Positions 60,154 through 64,000 of a stretch of 64,000 nt of DNA are shown here, one piece after another (the first letter of the stretch is position 1; the number at the start of each line of letters is the position of its first letter). This stretch comes from Geosiphon pyriformis uo1 (lineage: Eukaryota > Fungi > Glomeromycota): NCBI GenBank assembly GCA_016748015.1, contig JAAOMT010000742.1:103543-167542 (forward strand), written 5' to 3'. The notes under the pieces are model-generated. The model was not told where the DNA came from and searched no databases. It worked only from the letters and a program-made list of their open reading frames with translations. A program made the translations under genes and the position numbers.

Positions 60154-61053
60154 CTAGTCTTTACATTTCTCTTTCAGATGATCGAAATTTTTTGCAAGCT
60201 CCAACAATTTTACCTCTATATCCCGGACTCTTTGACTTAAGTTGTTCTCCAATTGAATCACGAAATCTTTGCTTTCAAATTGATTAATTTTGTCTTGCAT
60301 TGCAATAATAATTTCTTTCAGAGATGAGTTTTCTTTTTTTGCTGCCTCCTTTTCAGTTTCCATCTGAGTTATTCTTTTGGTTAGATCACTTGTTTCTTCA
60401 CAAAGCTTTACCAGCTCGTCGATAAGAATTTCTTCGAATGATCCTTGAACATTTCGATTGCTTGACGAGGGACTCGATTGAATATTCGCCGTTGAGGTAG
60501 TAGTTGGAGAAATTTTGCTTCCACAGTTGTTCTCATTCTTGTAGACATTTGACGCTTCAGATTCAGAATTTTTATCTTTTGCGGCAGAACCGTACTCAAT
60601 AATTATATTATCCTTGTCAGAAAAACCAGGCATTGAATTTCTTGGACCTTTTGTGGTAACCTCGCCAGGGACTGATTCCAACATCACTTCAGACAACACC
60701 TTATAAAAAGAACAGACGGTTGGGCTGGTTCCAAAGTTGCAACAGCCGTAAAACCATTCACGAAACCCGGCATGTTGAGAATTGCGATTTTGTCTTAGAG
60801 GTGCCAGACCACCACAATAACATTTTACTATTTTAGCGTGATTCATTGTTTCCAATCGGTTGTTCCAAACTTTTGGAGTGTTTGTAGGCATTAAAATTGT
60901 GATTGGATCGTCGCCACCAATTTTTTCATATATATGAGAGGATAGGAGGCTATAATAAGTTGCATAATGTTTATATAAAGAAGCCAAATAAGCTGGAGTG
61001 GAAGAAACAAAGGAAATTTTTGGTTGCTGAGAGGGAAGTGTTGCTGGATTCAT
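60154..61053 (-). CDS. GRF-type zinc finger plus C-terminal coiled-coil protein (299 aa, single exon)
   Basis: CYCGGLAPLRQNRNSQHAGFREWFYGCCNFGTSPTVCSFY fits CxCG...G(R)xFyxC...CxF; heptad-rich C-terminus. Confidence 0.78.
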   Translation of the reverse strand: MNPATLPSQQPKISFVSSTPAYLASLYKHYATYYSLLSSHIYEKIGGDDPITILMPTNTPKVWNNRLETMNHAKIVKCYCGGLAPLRQNRNSQHAGFREWFYGCCNFGTSPTVCSFYKVLSEVMLESVPGEVTTKGPRNSMPGFSDKDNIIIEYGSAAKDKNSESEASNVYKNENNCGSKISPTTTSTANIQSSPSSSNRNVQGSFEEILIDELVKLCEETSDLTKRITQMETEKEAAKKENSSLKEIIIAMQDKINQFESKDFVIQLENNLSQRVRDIEVKLLELAKNFDHLKEKCKD

Positions 61054-64000
61054 TAGAATTTGTTCTCATATGTTTAGAAAAGGTTACTTTGCAGAGGGAA
61101 AAGTGTTTGGGAAAACAAAAAAGAGGATATAATGCCCCTTTTATTCTGGTCGAGAACTTTGCTAAGCTTGGAAGGAGGCAATACCGCATTCATGCATCAT
61201 TACAAAAGTTAACTGATCTTTTGCAAAAAATGATCCGTCACAAATATAATCAAGTTTTCATATTGCAAAAGGATATTTTGATTTATTAAATCGCGATTTA
61301 TGACTTAAGATTTGATTTCATGATTTCCCAATGTTTTGTGATAAGATAACTGATATTTTTAAACCCTCATGTCTTGCTCGCTACCCGTGATTCATTGCCA
61401 CGACTAAGACAATTAACCCAATCATAAGGATGGTTAGGTTTAACTGGTGCCGGACTAAATCTACATTAATAAGTTTACGATCCTGATCAAGAAAATGCTT
61501 ATCACATATCTCCAATATGAATTATTTTGTAAAGTAATATATATTGAACTGAATCAATAATAAAAGTCAATTCATAAATTCCAATATCTGATTTGAATTT
61601 GAATTTGACTTTTTTTTAATAGAACTCAATTCAAAAAAATTGTTTTTCGTCAAAACTAAATTGCTAGAATTGAATTAAATTTAAAAAGAAAGATTGGTAA
61701 TAACTTTCTTTTTTATTAGAGGTGAAAAACATTGGAAAAAGTTTTTCAGTATTTCTAATAAATCTGTTAAGTGAAAAAACGAAAACAAAATGAGGGTTTT
61801 TTCTTTTTTATTTAAATTTTATTTCATGCATTATATTGTCAACACTTTGTGAGAAACTTGACACAAAATATTAGCTTTTAAGTAGAAAATAGAATAGTAA
61901 ACAAAAGTGGATGAACTGTTAAGGGATTAAAAATAAAGTAGCAAAAATATTTATTTGCACAATTTATAAAAATATAAAAAGCTTAAAAAATTACTTTAAA
62001 TGCATATTAGGTTTTTGAATAAGGTTTTGTAGAAATTTTCTCTTCTTATAAAAACCAAAAACCAAAAATTAAATTATTGTATAGGATTTAAATAACATAG
62101 AATATTTTAAAGGTTTTTTTAAAGATAACTTTTATCTTTACCAATGTTCATGAACAAAAATATTTGTTATGAGCCCCAAAATATCTTGATAACAATTGGT
62201 AATAAACATTGGTTTCAAAATACTCTCAAACATTGGCATAAAAAACATGGACAATTTGCTCTATGCAAAAAACCAAAACAAAGTTTTGCTAAAGAAAAAG
62301 TTTGATTTATTCCAAATATAAATGCAGAATCTTTTGTAAAAAATACTTTGTAAATTTATTCTAAAGATCAAAGAATTGTTTAAAATGTTTGACAGTTTCA
62401 ATGAAACAATAATTCTCGATGCTCCATAGCATAAAATAGCTTTATCAATAAGTGTCGGTCTTTTCTTATTATTGGTTTTGCCATTGATGCTTATCTTTTC
62501 CACTAAAATTACTCCAACATCTTTATTTTAAGTTTTTGTGATACTTCTCTAACCGTTTCCTAAAATGCTTCATTCACGATGCTCTCTCGAAAAGGGATAT
62601 TCTCCACAAAAAATTTCGCCAATTTTCTGCGCGAAACAAAAAAAACCTTCTCCAAATTAGTACGGTAACTCAAATTGGGTTTCAATTTTTCTAAACATAA
62701 GAAAGAATAGCCTGTTGAGCCTCTGTGATCTTTTAATTTTGATTCATTTTAAATATAATTTGTGGAATAAATATTTTGAGAAATCACAATTTTAAGATTA
62801 AAAACAATTCATGTCTGTTTTAAAAATAAAGCGTTCATATAATCTAAAAACACATATTGCATTTAGGAGAAAACAAGGAGCATCTTTTTTTTCAAAATAA
62901 AAGACTTTATTTCTATAGTGAGATATCCGCCAAGAATAGAATTAAAGCTCGTGGATGATTTAGGCTTTTATACTGTCTAAAAATTATTATATTGTCTCTC
63001 TTTTTTAAATACCATAAACTTTGATAATCCCAAAATAAAAGCTTATAAGAAGTTGGTAAATGATACAATTGAGGTTTAGCAAAATCCTTGATCTCGTATA
63101 GATGTTTTCCTAACGTGCAAGTTTTGTTTATCAAAATTACCATGTTCTTTGAATGCCCTTTTTTCATTCAGTGAGGCAGAACAGCTAATCCTATATTTTT
63201 AGCTAATGTTGAATCTGCAAGCCATAGCAGTTCAACGCCTTATTGTTTGATGTTCTATTTCTCTCTTTGAAGTGAGACAATGAAAATTTGAATTTTAATA
63301 TACTTAACCTTAATTTATAATTCTCTATTCATTAAATGGGCAAGCATTTTCTTTCATAAAGACAGAACGGTATGGAAGTTTTTGAAGGTTTAGTACAATT
63401 ATTTTATTGGATAATAAAATAGAGATTGCAAACTTTTTTGTAGATGCTATATAATCTAGGAAAATGTGAGAAATGGTTCGGAACATCAGCCACACATATA
63501 GACAATTCGTGTCAAAAGAAACATTCCATCTACTTTAACATAGTGAATTTTCTTTTACCATTTATGTTGCAACTGGAGGGAAGTAATATTAAAATCTAAT
63601 TATCCGAAATACTGATTGCTTCTCAATGTAGTAACAAAAAGTTTAGGCAAATCCTTTCTTTATCATGTATTTTTTGTTTAATGCAAACCTTTGTCTAAAA
63701 AAAAATAACAAAGAAAAACATTAAAATTTCATTGATAAGATTTTAATATTTGGGCTACTTAAAAATTAATATTCGAGCTTTCGCTCATCAGAGCTACTTT
63801 AGAAGTTTATGCCCTAATTAATTTGTTTCTTTAATAGTTTAGGATTCGTCAAACAATGCTATCGTTTTAATAACTCTCTGGAAATTACTATATCACCAAA
63901 TATTAACCAGTTATCCTTGTTTCGAGTTGAGTGAATTTTAAAGGGTTTTGATAATGGCTATTTGCCTGGTATTCATTAGTTAGGGGTATATTTTGAAGTA

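Noticed and set aside
60903-61289. 128-aa plus-strand ORF and 60971-61189
   Set aside because: They overlap the better-supported GRF gene, have no recognisable features, and the plus-strand ORF starts at TTG.

Overview
AT-rich, intron-containing eukaryotic DNA, most consistent with a Glomeromycotina (arbuscular-mycorrhiza-type) fungus, possibly Geosiphon-like; this is inferred from gene families and TE type, not proven. 1-13.2 kb is a three-layer nest of degenerate Ty3/Gypsy LTR retrotransposons. The innermost copy (1169-11460, minus strand) is structurally complete, with two LTRs, PBS, PPT and a 4-bp CTGG TSD. It encodes Gag-PR-(Cys-rich)-dUTPase-RT-RH-IN plus a long unknown C-terminal extension, and is inactivated almost entirely by C>T/G>A transitions. 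13.2-17.6 kb is an extremely AT-rich TE graveyard with a probable TA-flanked TIR element. Host genes follow: an F-box/LRR protein, eight class-3 lipase paralogues (22.6-49 kb) with a 7TM receptor-like gene and a cytochrome P450-fold gene among them, a kelch-propeller membrane protein, a glyoxal oxidase (AA5_1) and a GRF zinc-finger protein. The main finding is an apparent pseudoenzyme island. Seven of the eight lipases have Gly in place of the nucleophilic Ser, keep the catalytic Asp and His, and share a new CxC insertion. The P450 splices into a stop-free 14-exon frame but lacks the heme-ligating Cys and other heme/O2-activation residues. All gene models were spliced by eye, so exon boundaries need RNA-seq confirmation.
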